Source of the DNA: Escherichia phage dhabil
DNA: 64,000 bases
Reading direction: 5' to 3' (one strand)
Sequence record: MN850621.1
This document shows, one piece after another, positions 54,207 through 63,051 of the stretch. The translations under genes and the position numbers were made by a program. The notes under the pieces were generated by a model. It ran no database searches and was not told the origin of the DNA. It was given only the letters and a program-made list of their open reading frames with translations. Numbering within the stretch: position 1 is the stretch's first letter; each line of letters begins with the position of its first letter.

Positions 54207-55231
54207 ATTTTAGAATATTTTGAAAGCCTCATTTTTGCCATTAACCCTTGGGCTATATTAGCTTTCATATATGCCAATACATCATTTATATCAGCTTTAT
54301 CTTTCATAACCATATCATTTATATCTTTAGAAGGCCACGGAGCCTTGTCCCAGAATAGAACCCTTTCGCCAGCATCAACTAGGCGTTGCATACGCTTAAT
54401 TGTGTCAGGATGACGGGGTTCATTGTCCATTACCCACGCTCTTGTTTCTTTACATGGAACTACTGATAAGTCTAATGACCCACCAGTAATTGCTATGGCA
54501 TTAGGGACAAATAAAGAATCAATAGGACCTTCCATTACCCACACCAATTGACGTTCGTCAACTGTATCCATTCCATATATTTTTGTAGCTTGGTCATGAG
54601 CTTTTATTGTAATATATTTTTGTGGAGCATCTTTACGTAAGGCTCGGCCCTGAAAACTTTCTATTTGTTTATCCTTATTGAAAATAGGAATAACCAAACG
54701 AGGCTCAGGCATTTCTTTAGAATAGGTTCCTGGATTAACTGAGTTAACCAATGCAGGCCATTCTTTAGTAAACCATAACCGATTCCATTTATTTTCAGGA
54801 ATGCACCGCAACGTCACATATTTGATAATAGGATGGTCCTTCGGCATTCTATCTAATCGTTCGCAGAAATTAAGCTTTTCAATGACAGGCATCTTAGCTT
54901 TAATTTTTTCAGATATCTCCACCTTAGGTGCAGCTTGTCTCCCGAACGATTGCTCTTTATGTTTCTCAAGAATATATTCCCGATATAAATCAGGTTCGTA
55001 TTCGTATAGGTACTTCTTAATTCCTGCCGAATAATCACAGTTAAAACAGTGTAGCATTACAGAGCCGTCATTGGCCGGATAGGCCCAGAATCGAGCTTTG
55101 TTTTCATCTTTTTGGGAGTCACCACATACACGGCAACGACAGTTTAATTTAAAATCACTACCAGTTACTTGTCTGAATTTAGGTTGGTAATTCAAGGCAC
55201 GTACAGCAAATTCTCTATCGACATATGACAT
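54203..55231 (-). CDS. 61: DNA primase gp61
   Basis: 342 aa; N-terminal zinc ribbon CRCRVCGD...CFNCDY plus Toprim-like core; same length as T4 gp61. Confidence 0.85.
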   Translation of the reverse strand: MSYVDREFAVRALNYQPKFRQVTGSDFKLNCRCRVCGDSQKDENKARFWAYPANDGSVMLHCFNCDYSAGIKKYLYEYEPDLYREYILEKHKEQSFGRQAAPKVEISEKIKAKMPVIEKLNFCERLDRMPKDHPIIKYVTLRCIPENKWNRLWFTKEWPALVNSVNPGTYSKEMPEPRLVIPIFNKDKQIESFQGRALRKDAPQKYITIKAHDQATKIYGMDTVDERQLVWVMEGPIDSLFVPNAIAITGGSLDLSVVPCKETRAWVMDNEPRHPDTIKRMQRLVDAGERVLFWDKAPWPSKDINDMVMKDKADINDVLAYMKANIAQGLMAKMRLSKYSKI

Positions 55232-55243
55232 TATTTTTCCTTG

Positions 55244-55263
55244 GGCTCTAAATTAATAGAGCC
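55244..55263 (-). other. RNA hairpin upstream of gene 61
   Basis: 7-bp inverted repeat GGCTCTA / TAGAGCC with 6-nt loop, just 5' of the gene 61 Shine-Dalgarno. Confidence 0.3.
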
Positions 55264-55269
55264 ATTATA

Positions 55270-55431
55270 TCATTCGTTTTCGGATTTTTCTTTACGCTTT
55301 TTAGATGGGATTTGTTCAGGCCCTTTGTTGACGACTGCGCCTGAGGTAGTTCCGGAGGCAATATTAGATGGATTTCCATCAGCATCGCCTGCGACCATAT
55401 CTTCGTTCATAACTTCTTTAAAAGATTTCAT
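55270..55431 (-). CDS. Small protein (53 aa), not in ORF track
   Basis: MKSFKEVMNEDMVAGDADGNPSNIASGTTSGAVVNKGPEQIPSKKRKEKSENE; AGGAG Shine-Dalgarno 4 nt upstream. Confidence 0.4.
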   Translation of the reverse strand: MKSFKEVMNEDMVAGDADGNPSNIASGTTSGAVVNKGPEQIPSKKRKEKSENE

Positions 55432-55447
55432 AGGCTCCTGGCCTTAT

Positions 55448-55639
55448 TTATATTACGAAAATAGCTTTATCACCATTTGCATCAGTGACTTCATACGTAT
55501 CTTCGTGGTAAAGTGGAATAATCCAAGTTAAGCCATCACCTGCAATAATATGGATAGCTTCTTGGTCTTTTGATACGATTTCATATTCTTCGAACAGTTC
55601 GAATACAGAAATCTTAGAGCCTGTACACATTGCAGTCAT
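55448..55639 (-). CDS. Hypothetical protein (63 aa)
   Basis: ORF in operon orientation. Confidence 0.45.
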   Translation of the reverse strand: MTAMCTGSKISVFELFEEYEIVSKDQEAIHIIAGDGLTWIIPLYHEDTYEVTDANGDKAIFVI

Positions 55640-55640
55640 A

Positions 55641-56081
55641 TTAACCTCGGTTCATAAAGGCATTAAAAATCTGGTCGTCGATTGAATAAACCGGAGCTTC
55701 CAGAATTTTCAACAGACTGTTTTTGATATACTTGCTAGGGATATCCATATTAACGGCATCATTCAATTCGTTGTCCCGGAGGATATCTTTAAATTCAAAC
55801 CCTTCAAACTCAACCTTGTCAGGAATACCATCAGAGAAAAAATAAACCAATTGGTGCATTGTATTACATGAAAATAATTTAGACTTCACTGCAATAAGTT
55901 CTTCCCAGTGGTTTAATTCTCTATTAAGAAGTTTATGGGCAAATATAATCCTATCATCACTATCAACAAGAAAATAACCTAGGTACTGGTGGTCGTCGCT
56001 CCAAAACATCCTGTATGCTTGTGCATTTGGATTTTTACAACGAAGCTTTTTGATAACTAAATTTCTGTTAATCTTATTCAC
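55641..56081 (-). CDS. Hypothetical protein (146 aa)
   Basis: ORF in operon orientation. Confidence 0.45.
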   Translation of the reverse strand: MNKINRNLVIKKLRCKNPNAQAYRMFWSDDHQYLGYFLVDSDDRIIFAHKLLNRELNHWEELIAVKSKLFSCNTMHQLVYFFSDGIPDKVEFEGFEFKDILRDNELNDAVNMDIPSKYIKNSLLKILEAPVYSIDDQIFNAFMNRG

Positions 56082-56367
56082 CTGTCACCTCTTTAACAAT
56101 ATTTTTGTTATCGAAATTAGCATCACAGTACAGAACATAGTTATACTGCATAACACCACTAGAAGCCAATTGGTCAGATACTTCTTTAACCATATCAGGA
56201 CGGTCGCGTTTAGTGATGTTCATGATATCAGCGTAAATCTGATGTTCAACTGACTCTTGGTCTGCAGTCATAGACCATTCACAAAGGTCTTTATCCAATC
56301 CGGCAGTTACCGGAGCCGTGCCACATGATGCTACTGTAAGGATTGCTGCGATTAATAACTTTTTCAT
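56074..56367 (-). CDS. sp: Spackle periplasmic protein (superinfection exclusion)
   Basis: 97 aa; signal peptide then DKDLCEWSMTADQ and GVMQYNYVLYCD.NF.NKNI blocks matching T4 Sp (gene 61.3) as I recall it. Confidence 0.75.
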   Translation of the reverse strand: MKKLLIAAILTVASCGTAPVTAGLDKDLCEWSMTADQESVEHQIYADIMNITKRDRPDMVKEVSDQLASSGVMQYNYVLYCDANFDNKNIVKEVTGE

Positions 56368-56396
56368 TTTTAACTCCTCATTAGTTGATAAGGCCT

Positions 56397-56426
56397 ATAG
56401 TATCACTACCATAGACCGTTGTAAAC
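56397..56426 (-). promoter_or_regulatory. Early-promoter cassette for sp
   Basis: Minus strand GTTTAC - 18 nt - TACTAT - AGGCCTTATCAACTAATGAGGAG. Confidence 0.5.
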
Positions 56427-56427
56427 T

Positions 56428-56667
56428 TTATTTTAACGAATCTTCTAAATAAATTTTACGGAATTTACGTTTGGTCTGACGAATCTGACGCTTAGTAGGC
56501 TTCACAGGAAATTCGAAGAACTCTACATATTCCTGTTCATAATCATTATGACCTACTGAAAGAACTAGTTCCCAGCTGCTTACGGTGCGTTGGATAAACA
56601 TATTATGTTTACCAAAAGATTTATTCCAAAAAGAGCTAGGGGTTGGCTTCATTAATACAATATTCAT
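56428..56667 (-). CDS. Hypothetical basic protein (79 aa)
   Basis: ORF in operon orientation. Confidence 0.45.
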   Translation of the reverse strand: MNIVLMKPTPSSFWNKSFGKHNMFIQRTVSSWELVLSVGHNDYEQEYVEFFEFPVKPTKRQIRQTKRKFRKIYLEDSLK

Positions 56668-56808
56668 TTATTCCTCGTCTTCGTGTTTATGAGCAATTTC
56701 TTCGTATTCGCTATTGCAGTCTAAACAAGTTGCGTTGTCCCAAGCATCAAATACCGCCTGGTCTTCACATACCGAACAACCACATACTACACATTCAACC
56801 TCTTCCAT
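56668..56808 (-). CDS. Small Cys-rich acidic protein (46 aa), not in ORF track
   Basis: MEEVECVVCGCSVCEDQAVFDAWDNATCLDCNSEYEEIAHKHEDEE; CxxC pairs; abuts dmd. Confidence 0.35.
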   Translation of the reverse strand: MEEVECVVCGCSVCEDQAVFDAWDNATCLDCNSEYEEIAHKHEDEE

Positions 56809-57012
56809 TTAGATTTCCTCAATGCGGGCATCATATTCAAAAACTTTATTGTCATTAACAAAGGCTTTCACCAGTGCATTATTCACTTCTGCATACTGCA
56901 CTGTAACCCATTCAATCATTTTTTGGTCACTAACATCCAGCGCAGTTTCTTTGGTAAACATATTACCGTTTTCAAACCAACCAATAAACACTACGTTCTC
57001 TAATTTATACAT
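56809..57012 (-). CDS. dmd: Dmd antitoxin (discriminator of mRNA degradation)
   Basis: 67 aa; blocks VVFIGWFENGNMFTKE and TVQYAEVNNALVKAFV match T4 Dmd (61.5) as I recall it. Confidence 0.8.
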   Translation of the reverse strand: MYKLENVVFIGWFENGNMFTKETALDVSDQKMIEWVTVQYAEVNNALVKAFVNDNKVFEYDARIEEI

Positions 57013-57330
57013 TTAGATTTCCTCACAGAAGGCCCATTCAGCGTGATAAACCGTAGCGCCTTTGGTATCATTTAAACAAACCACATCTACCGGAGCAATT
57101 ACACGATAAAGACGAGGTTCTCCTCCCACCGAACGAGCAGCTCGTCCAGCATAAATCTTAGCCAAACCAATGTCCTCAGTAAAGAACACACGATTTAGGT
57201 TTTTCTTACGACCAGTTTCAGACAGAACTCCTGTTTCCTCAGGAGGACAAAGCATATTACCAATATTAGCAACACTACAACTTCCATGATAATACACTTT
57301 ATATTCTGCTTTACAGTCGATGGTTTTCAT
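57013..57330 (-). CDS. Hypothetical protein (about 105 aa)
   Basis: ORF track start 57342 is a TTG; ATG at 57330 follows GGAG; first ORF after cassette 57355..57383. Confidence 0.5.
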   Translation of the reverse strand: MKTIDCKAEYKVYYHGSCSVANIGNMLCPPEETGVLSETGRKKNLNRVFFTEDIGLAKIYAGRAARSVGGEPRLYRVIAPVDVVCLNDTKGATVYHAEWAFCEEI

Positions 57331-57354
57331 TTTGTTCTCCAAGTTGATAGGTCT

Positions 57355-57383
57355 ATAGTATCATGCCTACAGGAGAAGTAAAC
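57355..57383 (-). promoter_or_regulatory. Early-promoter cassette
   Basis: Minus strand GTTTAC - 17 nt - TACTAT - AGACCTATCAACTTGGAGAACAAA - ATG. Confidence 0.55.
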
Positions 57384-57392
57384 CCTTAAAAC

Positions 57393-57412
57393 AAAAAAGG
57401 AGCCGAAGCTCC
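57393..57412 (-). terminator. Intrinsic terminator after gene 41
   Basis: GGAGC-CGAA-GCTCC, followed in the minus-strand RNA by UUUUUU. Confidence 0.6.
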
Positions 57413-58852
57413 TTAAAATTTGATAGATGCTGCTAAATCGTCTAAATCGCTTCTATTAACACGCGACTGGCGATTGACCTCTGCTTGGCGGTTCATTTCA
57501 CCTGTAGCCTCACGAACGGTGTTCACTGGACCTGGGTTAGAATCGTCTTCAACTTCATACCAACGCTGGTTTCCTTTCTTAACACCAATCTTAAATTTGT
57601 TGTAGTAGCTCTTATCGCCATAACGAGATTTAAGCTGCTTAACCATCTGCATACCCATCTGAGCAAACTCTTCTGTCTCGACCACACCTAACATGAAGTC
57701 TGCCGTATGTGCAATACCAAAGGATTCAGCAATATCGGCCATATCGATTTCGGCCGCAACATTCGCACCACGAGTAGTCTGGGCTGCAGTCCACAGCAAT
57801 AATTTCTTCTCTACTGCAAGGCCACGTAGTTCTTCGGCAACCATCTTAATCAATCCGTAACTGTTTTCAGAGAAAACTTTCGTACGAGATGAAGCACAGA
57901 TAGCCAAGTAGTCGACGATAACGACCTGTGGGACAAAGTTTTGTTTGAGCTTGTATTCGTTTAATAATGCACGGAATGTATCGGCATTAGCACCACCAGT
58001 AGGGTACTGTTTAATCTTTAAACGACCTAAAGTAGCAGTTGAACGCCACTTATCCATCTTAGCTTTATATTCAGGCCATGAGACGTGACCATCATCAATA
58101 TCATCCAGTGATACATCCAGAAGGTTGGCATCGATACGCTTAGCACATACTTCCTCTGCCATCTCCATGGAGATATAAAGAACATCATAACCGGATTGAA
58201 GGTAATCAGCAGCCAATGAACATAGTCCAAGAGACTTACCTACGTTTGTTCCTGCCAACAATACGTTTTCAGTACCAAACTCAGCGCCACCCTTGGTAAT
58301 CTTATTCAGAATATTAAGACGGAATGGAACCTTACGGGCTTTATCAGAATAACTTTTAAAACGTTCTTCATAGTCATCCATCCAGTCATGGCCTAATTCA
58401 GAATCGAAACAAATCGATAATGCATCGCGCATGATATCCGGAATGGCACCAATACCTGGGAGTTTTCTATTTTGTTGCTCAACCGGAAGGTCGGCATTAG
58501 TTTGAATTTCAATAATTTTTGAAGTGGCATTATACATCGCTGCCTTCTGAACATATTTCTCTGTCTCTTTAACCAACCATTCTTGGTCTTCAGGGCCTGC
58601 ATTCAGAGAATTTAAAAGCTCTTTAGCTCCTTGGTGTTCAACTTCTGAAAGGGTGCTGTTATCTAATGCAATACTCAAAGCATTTTTAGAAGGCACCGCA
58701 TTATATTCATTGACATGTTTTTTTATTTCTTTGAAAAGGGTCTTTGCCGGACCCTGGTCAAAATAAGAATCATTCATATAAGGCCAGACCTTAGTGAAAT
58801 AATCACTATTGCCTAGCAGTTGAGCCAAAATAGTTTCTACCACTTCCACCAC
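57413..58852 (-). CDS. 41: Replicative DNA helicase gp41 (DnaB-like)
   Basis: 479 aa; Walker A GTNVGKS; long colinear similarity to T4 gp41 (YISMEMAEEVCAKRIDANLLDVSLDDIDDGH, LWTAAQ). Confidence 0.9.
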   Translation of the reverse strand: MVEVVETILAQLLGNSDYFTKVWPYMNDSYFDQGPAKTLFKEIKKHVNEYNAVPSKNALSIALDNSTLSEVEHQGAKELLNSLNAGPEDQEWLVKETEKYVQKAAMYNATSKIIEIQTNADLPVEQQNRKLPGIGAIPDIMRDALSICFDSELGHDWMDDYEERFKSYSDKARKVPFRLNILNKITKGGAEFGTENVLLAGTNVGKSLGLCSLAADYLQSGYDVLYISMEMAEEVCAKRIDANLLDVSLDDIDDGHVSWPEYKAKMDKWRSTATLGRLKIKQYPTGGANADTFRALLNEYKLKQNFVPQVVIVDYLAICASSRTKVFSENSYGLIKMVAEELRGLAVEKKLLLWTAAQTTRGANVAAEIDMADIAESFGIAHTADFMLGVVETEEFAQMGMQMVKQLKSRYGDKSYYNKFKIGVKKGNQRWYEVEDDSNPGPVNTVREATGEMNRQAEVNRQSRVNRSDLDDLAASIKF

Positions 58853-59166
58853 CTCTTAGATTTAATTTTATCCAGTTCTTCTTGTATTTGCATTGTAACA
58901 CATTTTTCTACATGAAGCGCTAGCTCTTCTTTTCGGTCTTCGGAAGGAGTTCCGAAATCAACCGACACTTTTCCATCTTTCTCAATAACAATATTCATCA
59001 CATAAATGATGTGAGCAGTGCCATCGGGTAATGTAAGCATAATTTCCTGCTTAACAGAACCCATTGACTTACGGATTATATCTAACGATTTCTCATAATA
59101 ACGAGGGTCACTAGGACCCTCTTCAGTATCTTTAACAAAATTATCTAAATCAGATAAATCAGTCAT
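58837..59166 (-). CDS. 40: Hypothetical protein in the gene 40 position (head assembly)
   Basis: 109-aa ORF between uvsX and 41; positional assignment. Confidence 0.5.
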   Translation of the reverse strand: MTDLSDLDNFVKDTEEGPSDPRYYEKSLDIIRKSMGSVKQEIMLTLPDGTAHIIYVMNIVIEKDGKVSVDFGTPSEDRKEELALHVEKCVTMQIQEELDKIKSKRWWKW

Positions 59167-60331
59167 CTAAATCCATCTCTTCTAAATCGTTTTCGATATC
59201 AGCAGCACTTTGAGCGTCACCACTCAATTTAACTGCAACGTTCTTAGAGACACGAGAGTTAATAAGGTCGTTCACGGCATCATCGACTTCTTTAATAGAA
59301 TTAATTGCACCAAGCTTATACTTATTCTCGATTGCTTCACGGAACGGGGCATGTTTAAACAGCGGTCCCCAGAACTCGACACAATCGGTAGCTTTAGCAC
59401 GCCATGATTTTTCTTCTTGAACCATTTCACCTGTAGTTTCGTCAAGGAATGCACGATTATACCAACCAGCTTTAGGTTTCACGACAAAGCCAATATCAGT
59501 AGCCATTTCAAGCAGACCACTAAACGGGTCGATACCACCTTCAAAGTTCACAGTAATTGGGAACGTTGATTTCTCTTTAACAGTACGAGATTTTTCGGCC
59601 TTCAGGGTGAAGTCATAACCAGTGAGCTCAGTACCATCTTTAACCTGACGTTTAGAGATAAAGAATACGGTAGAAGCAGAGTACAGAATACCAGTACCAC
59701 CACCCATAATCTCTTTAGGATACATTCCACCAATTTCCATAGCCGTATGGTTAATTGCTACGCAAGGAATGTCCTTGATAGTCAAATAAGGTGTTACGAT
59801 ACGGAACAGAGATTTCAGAGACTTAGCACGAGTCATATCACCTACAACTTTCTCGTTCAAAGCATCTTCGGTTTCTTTCTTAGAAGCGGTGTTACCGATG
59901 GAGTCGATAAAGATAATAACCTTTTCACCACGAGTAATTTCTTCCAATTGGTTGGTCATGTCAACCTTCAGTTGTTCGACTGACTGGATTGGCGTATGAA
60001 CCACACGTTCCAGGTCAACACCCATTGAACGGAAATAAGATTCTGAAGCACCGAACTCAGAGTCATAGAACAAGCAAATTGCGTCTGGATATTTCTTCAT
60101 ATATGCCGCAACCATAGTTAATCCAAACAACGTTTTAAAGTGTTTAGACGGTGCAGCAAAGATTGTCAAACCTGATTGTAAGCCTGCATTCAACGCACCA
60201 CCCAATGCAATATTAAGCATAGGAATACGAGTAGGAACTTCGTCACGACCATTAAACAATTTAGATTTGGTCAGATCGGCAGTCATTTTAGAAGTAGAAG
60301 CTTTAATCAAACGGGATTTTAAATCGGACAT
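59159..60331 (-). CDS. uvsX: UvsX recombinase (RecA-like)
   Basis: 390 aa; RecA-fold ATPase with Walker A AAPSKHFKT; colinear with T4 UvsX. Confidence 0.9.
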   Translation of the reverse strand: MSDLKSRLIKASTSKMTADLTKSKLFNGRDEVPTRIPMLNIALGGALNAGLQSGLTIFAAPSKHFKTLFGLTMVAAYMKKYPDAICLFYDSEFGASESYFRSMGVDLERVVHTPIQSVEQLKVDMTNQLEEITRGEKVIIFIDSIGNTASKKETEDALNEKVVGDMTRAKSLKSLFRIVTPYLTIKDIPCVAINHTAMEIGGMYPKEIMGGGTGILYSASTVFFISKRQVKDGTELTGYDFTLKAEKSRTVKEKSTFPITVNFEGGIDPFSGLLEMATDIGFVVKPKAGWYNRAFLDETTGEMVQEEKSWRAKATDCVEFWGPLFKHAPFREAIENKYKLGAINSIKEVDDAVNDLINSRVSKNVAVKLSGDAQSAADIENDLEEMDLDD

Positions 60332-60384
60332 TATATTTTTCCATAGGCACCATTATATTTTTCTCACGTTTTTAAGATAGGGTA

Positions 60385-60409
60385 ATTATATCACTTCACA
60401 GCTATAGCA
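60385..60409 (-). promoter_or_regulatory. Candidate MotA-dependent middle promoter for uvsX
   Basis: Minus strand TGCTATA (MotA-box-like) - 12 nt - TATAAT, about 55 nt upstream of the uvsX ATG. Confidence 0.35.
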
Positions 60410-60541
60410 TTACTTAATTCCTCGGTTGATAGCCTTATCGACTATCTTCCGAACTTCTCGTTTCTCGAGCCAGCATAATACTAGAAGGGCTCCGAAAGAG
60501 AATAATAACAAACCTATAAAAAGCAATAGAGGACCTAGCAT
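60410..60541 (-). CDS. Small membrane peptide (43 aa), not in ORF track
   Basis: MLGPLLLFIGLLLFSFGALLVLCWLEKREVRKIVDKAINRGIK; ATG overlaps the stop of the 297-aa ORF. Confidence 0.35.
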   Translation of the reverse strand: MLGPLLLFIGLLLFSFGALLVLCWLEKREVRKIVDKAINRGIK

Positions 60542-61428
60542 ACTACGTCCTCATAACGTGGCATTTCGTACTCAGAATGAATATGGGCACCGAAATAAAT
60601 GAATTCAGCCAGACCAGGATGGAATACTAAACCTGGGTTCTCATGATAAATGATATGTGGTCTTGATTTCAGAATCTGATAATATTCAACCTTACTCGGT
60701 TTGAATTTAACAATCTCTACATCAGGACGATAGTCTTCACGCTTAAATGAATCATTCGGGTCGGTGATATAAAGACGAGCACCTTCAGCGGCAGCTTGGT
60801 CTACAACTCTTTCGAATTGATAGCACTTATCCGAAATACGGAATGGATGGAAAATACCATCAATTTTAATAGGCGCTAGACCATCAGAGTAACGCTCAAT
60901 TACTGCAGGATTAATTACCTTTTGGTCTACAAAAATCTTATCAGAGGATGCACCTCGTGACACCAGGACGTCTTTCTGGCATTGATTCAGGACTGTAGTA
61001 TAAAGTGAACGTTCAACTGAAGCCACATCAATATCAATGAACTCATCGATATAATAACGAGGAACTTCAGGGTCCATTGTGATATTAAAGTTGAATTGTA
61101 CAGTATGAGCACCATCATAACCGGTGATATCGGTTACCAGTCCTGAGCAATCATAGTATTCGATTAGTGAATCGACTACAAACTCATTTTCGGACCAGAA
61201 ATGTTTACGGGTTTCATAAGCATTTTCTTTATACCAAAGTGGTACGAAATTCAGTTCTGGGAATAATTCAATGCATTCTTTGATATCGCTCGAATTTCTA
61301 GGATAAGCCAGATAATCACCTGGACGAGCACGATTTAAATGGAGTTGAAAATTACCGTCCTTAAGGACGGCATATTCACCTGTTTCGTAACTACGCATAC
61401 TGAAAATAGGAACGATAAACAAACTCAT
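60535..61428 (-). CDS. Hypothetical protein (297 aa) in the beta-glucosyltransferase slot
   Basis: ORF between uvsX and gene 42 where T4 carries bgt; no similarity to T4 beta-gt recognisable by eye. Confidence 0.55.
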   Translation of the reverse strand: MSLFIVPIFSMRSYETGEYAVLKDGNFQLHLNRARPGDYLAYPRNSSDIKECIELFPELNFVPLWYKENAYETRKHFWSENEFVVDSLIEYYDCSGLVTDITGYDGAHTVQFNFNITMDPEVPRYYIDEFIDIDVASVERSLYTTVLNQCQKDVLVSRGASSDKIFVDQKVINPAVIERYSDGLAPIKIDGIFHPFRISDKCYQFERVVDQAAAEGARLYITDPNDSFKREDYRPDVEIVKFKPSKVEYYQILKSRPHIIYHENPGLVFHPGLAEFIYFGAHIHSEYEMPRYEDVVC

Positions 61429-62123
61429 TTCAGGAAACCTCGGACGTAGTCAAAATCACGTTCAAACACGTGTGCACTTACCATGGTGTGGGAATACGTA
61501 CCTAAACCGACACCACACTGTTCGGCAATAAATGCCATCAGTTTACCCTGCAGATAGAAATCCAGCTGCATAACAACAGCGCAGTTTTGTGAACGCATAT
61601 GGGTATGTGCGTACAAACGACCATCACGAATATAATACGTTACTGAATCGGTGCACGGGTATTCTAAGGATTCGTCAGAATCAAGGAGGGCTTGGTCTTG
61701 TTCTTGGAGAATCTGGAACACAACTCTTCGCGAGTTAGCCTTTTCTTTAAGCTCTTTAAGTAGGGCTGGGAGCTGGGCCACAATTCGAGGTCCATAGAAA
61801 GTGTTGAAGTTTGCAGGCAATACGTCACTTTTCGGCTTATCAATGAACTTAGCAACATTAGGGTATTCCTTAAATGCTTCGGCAGCGTCAGTACCACCAG
61901 AAATCATAAATTTCCAAAAGGATTCGGCATATTCATAACTGATACGATTGATACGTGGGTCGGTGAATTTATAGGTGCTGGCATCCAGTACTTCTACTGA
62001 AGCAGAACCAATTTCATAACAGCGTCCGATACGAGAATCAACTGCAAACTGTGGAGCTTCCAGGATTTCTTCGTTCATTTGTTTAAATGCGTTTTCAAAA
62101 CTAACAGCGGTAATGTGTTTCAT
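61425..62123 (-). CDS. 42: Deoxynucleotide hydroxymethylase (gene 42 family, thymidylate-synthase fold)
   Basis: 232 aa; block EYPCTDSVTYYIRDGRLYAHTHMRSQNCAVVMQLDF aligns with the T4 gp42 active-site region FMCTNTVQYLIRD...NMRSNDVVFGF; otherwise diverged. Confidence 0.7.
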   Translation of the reverse strand: MKHITAVSFENAFKQMNEEILEAPQFAVDSRIGRCYEIGSASVEVLDASTYKFTDPRINRISYEYAESFWKFMISGGTDAAEAFKEYPNVAKFIDKPKSDVLPANFNTFYGPRIVAQLPALLKELKEKANSRRVVFQILQEQDQALLDSDESLEYPCTDSVTYYIRDGRLYAHTHMRSQNCAVVMQLDFYLQGKLMAFIAEQCGVGLGTYSHTMVSAHVFERDFDYVRGFLK

Positions 62124-62656
62124 TTATTCACCTTATTTTCAATATATTCGTTCAGACGTTTTAATTCTACCATATCAACATTAAGCAAATTATTATGACC
62201 GTCATGATTTAAGATTTTAAACACGTTTTCAAAACATGTTTCGTATTGCTGGATAGTTAGGTTGAACTCATCTTTGGTTAATTTAATAAGGTCATCTTCG
62301 AAGTCTTCGTCTAATGGGTTGCGAGTTAAAATAACCTCGATAACGTTAAATTCAGATTTAAACCCTTTCCAATCTTCCAGTTCTACATAAGGGTCCATTT
62401 CACCACGAAGGAATCCTGAGTAAACAATATTACTTGGATAACCACGGTCAAGGATATAAACGAAATTAGGGTCTAAAAACTTATACAGAGTTTCAACTAA
62501 AGCCTTATCGTTATCAGTTCCTAATGAAATACACTTGCCATTAATCTTTTTAGGAAAATCAATAAGGCGGTATTTCTTATTGGATAACAGATTTTTAATT
62601 AAAGTGGACTTCCCGGAATTATCCGGGCCGTCTATAACAATGATTTTTGGATTCAT
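62120..62656 (-). CDS. P-loop nucleoside/nucleotide kinase-like protein
   Basis: 178 aa; Walker A GPDNSGKST and a DRG(Y) element reminiscent of thymidylate-kinase-family enzymes. Confidence 0.6.
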   Translation of the reverse strand: MNPKIIVIDGPDNSGKSTLIKNLLSNKKYRLIDFPKKINGKCISLGTDNDKALVETLYKFLDPNFVYILDRGYPSNIVYSGFLRGEMDPYVELEDWKGFKSEFNVIEVILTRNPLDEDFEDDLIKLTKDEFNLTIQQYETCFENVFKILNHDGHNNLLNVDMVELKRLNEYIENKVNK

Positions 62657-63051
62657 GGATGATAGGCCTTATAACTATCAAGAGTTCCTTCACGAACCAA
62701 TTCTTTAAAGTGGTCAGGACGGATTGCTCGGTCATCGATGATAAAAGTATAACTCGGCTTGTGTGTAAGCAAATTGTGATATTTCAATCCAATTTTTTCA
62801 AGATTCTTAACCAATGCAGGAACTACTTCAACCAAGATTCGACCTGGGCCACATGAAGTCATGCCACGGGCAGTGAACAATGTAATCTCGTACCCTTCAT
62901 CATAAAGCTTATTAATCATGGACACCATTTCGGTGTCCGGTTTAAAGTTCTCATAATCACGGTCATGGTTCCAAATCGTGATTGTGTTATCGATATCAAA
63001 ACATAAATGTGGCTTATTTTCTACTCGATGCGACATTAAATTTTCTTCCAT
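62653..63051 (-). CDS. HAD-superfamily phosphatase-like protein
   Basis: 132 aa; HAD motif I FDIDNTIT, TAR element and IDDR (motif IV-like). Confidence 0.55.
   Translation of the reverse strand: MEENLMSHRVENKPHLCFDIDNTITIWNHDRDYENFKPDTEMVSMINKLYDEGYEITLFTARGMTSCGPGRILVEVVPALVKNLEKIGLKYHNLLTHKPSYTFIIDDRAIRPDHFKELVREGTLDSYKAYHP

Noticed and set aside
56074-56367. Spackle homolog as a third lipoprotein (VASCG resembles a lipobox)
   Set aside because: The sequence is colinear with T4 Sp, which I recall as a signal-peptidase-I-processed periplasmic protein; lipidation not assumed
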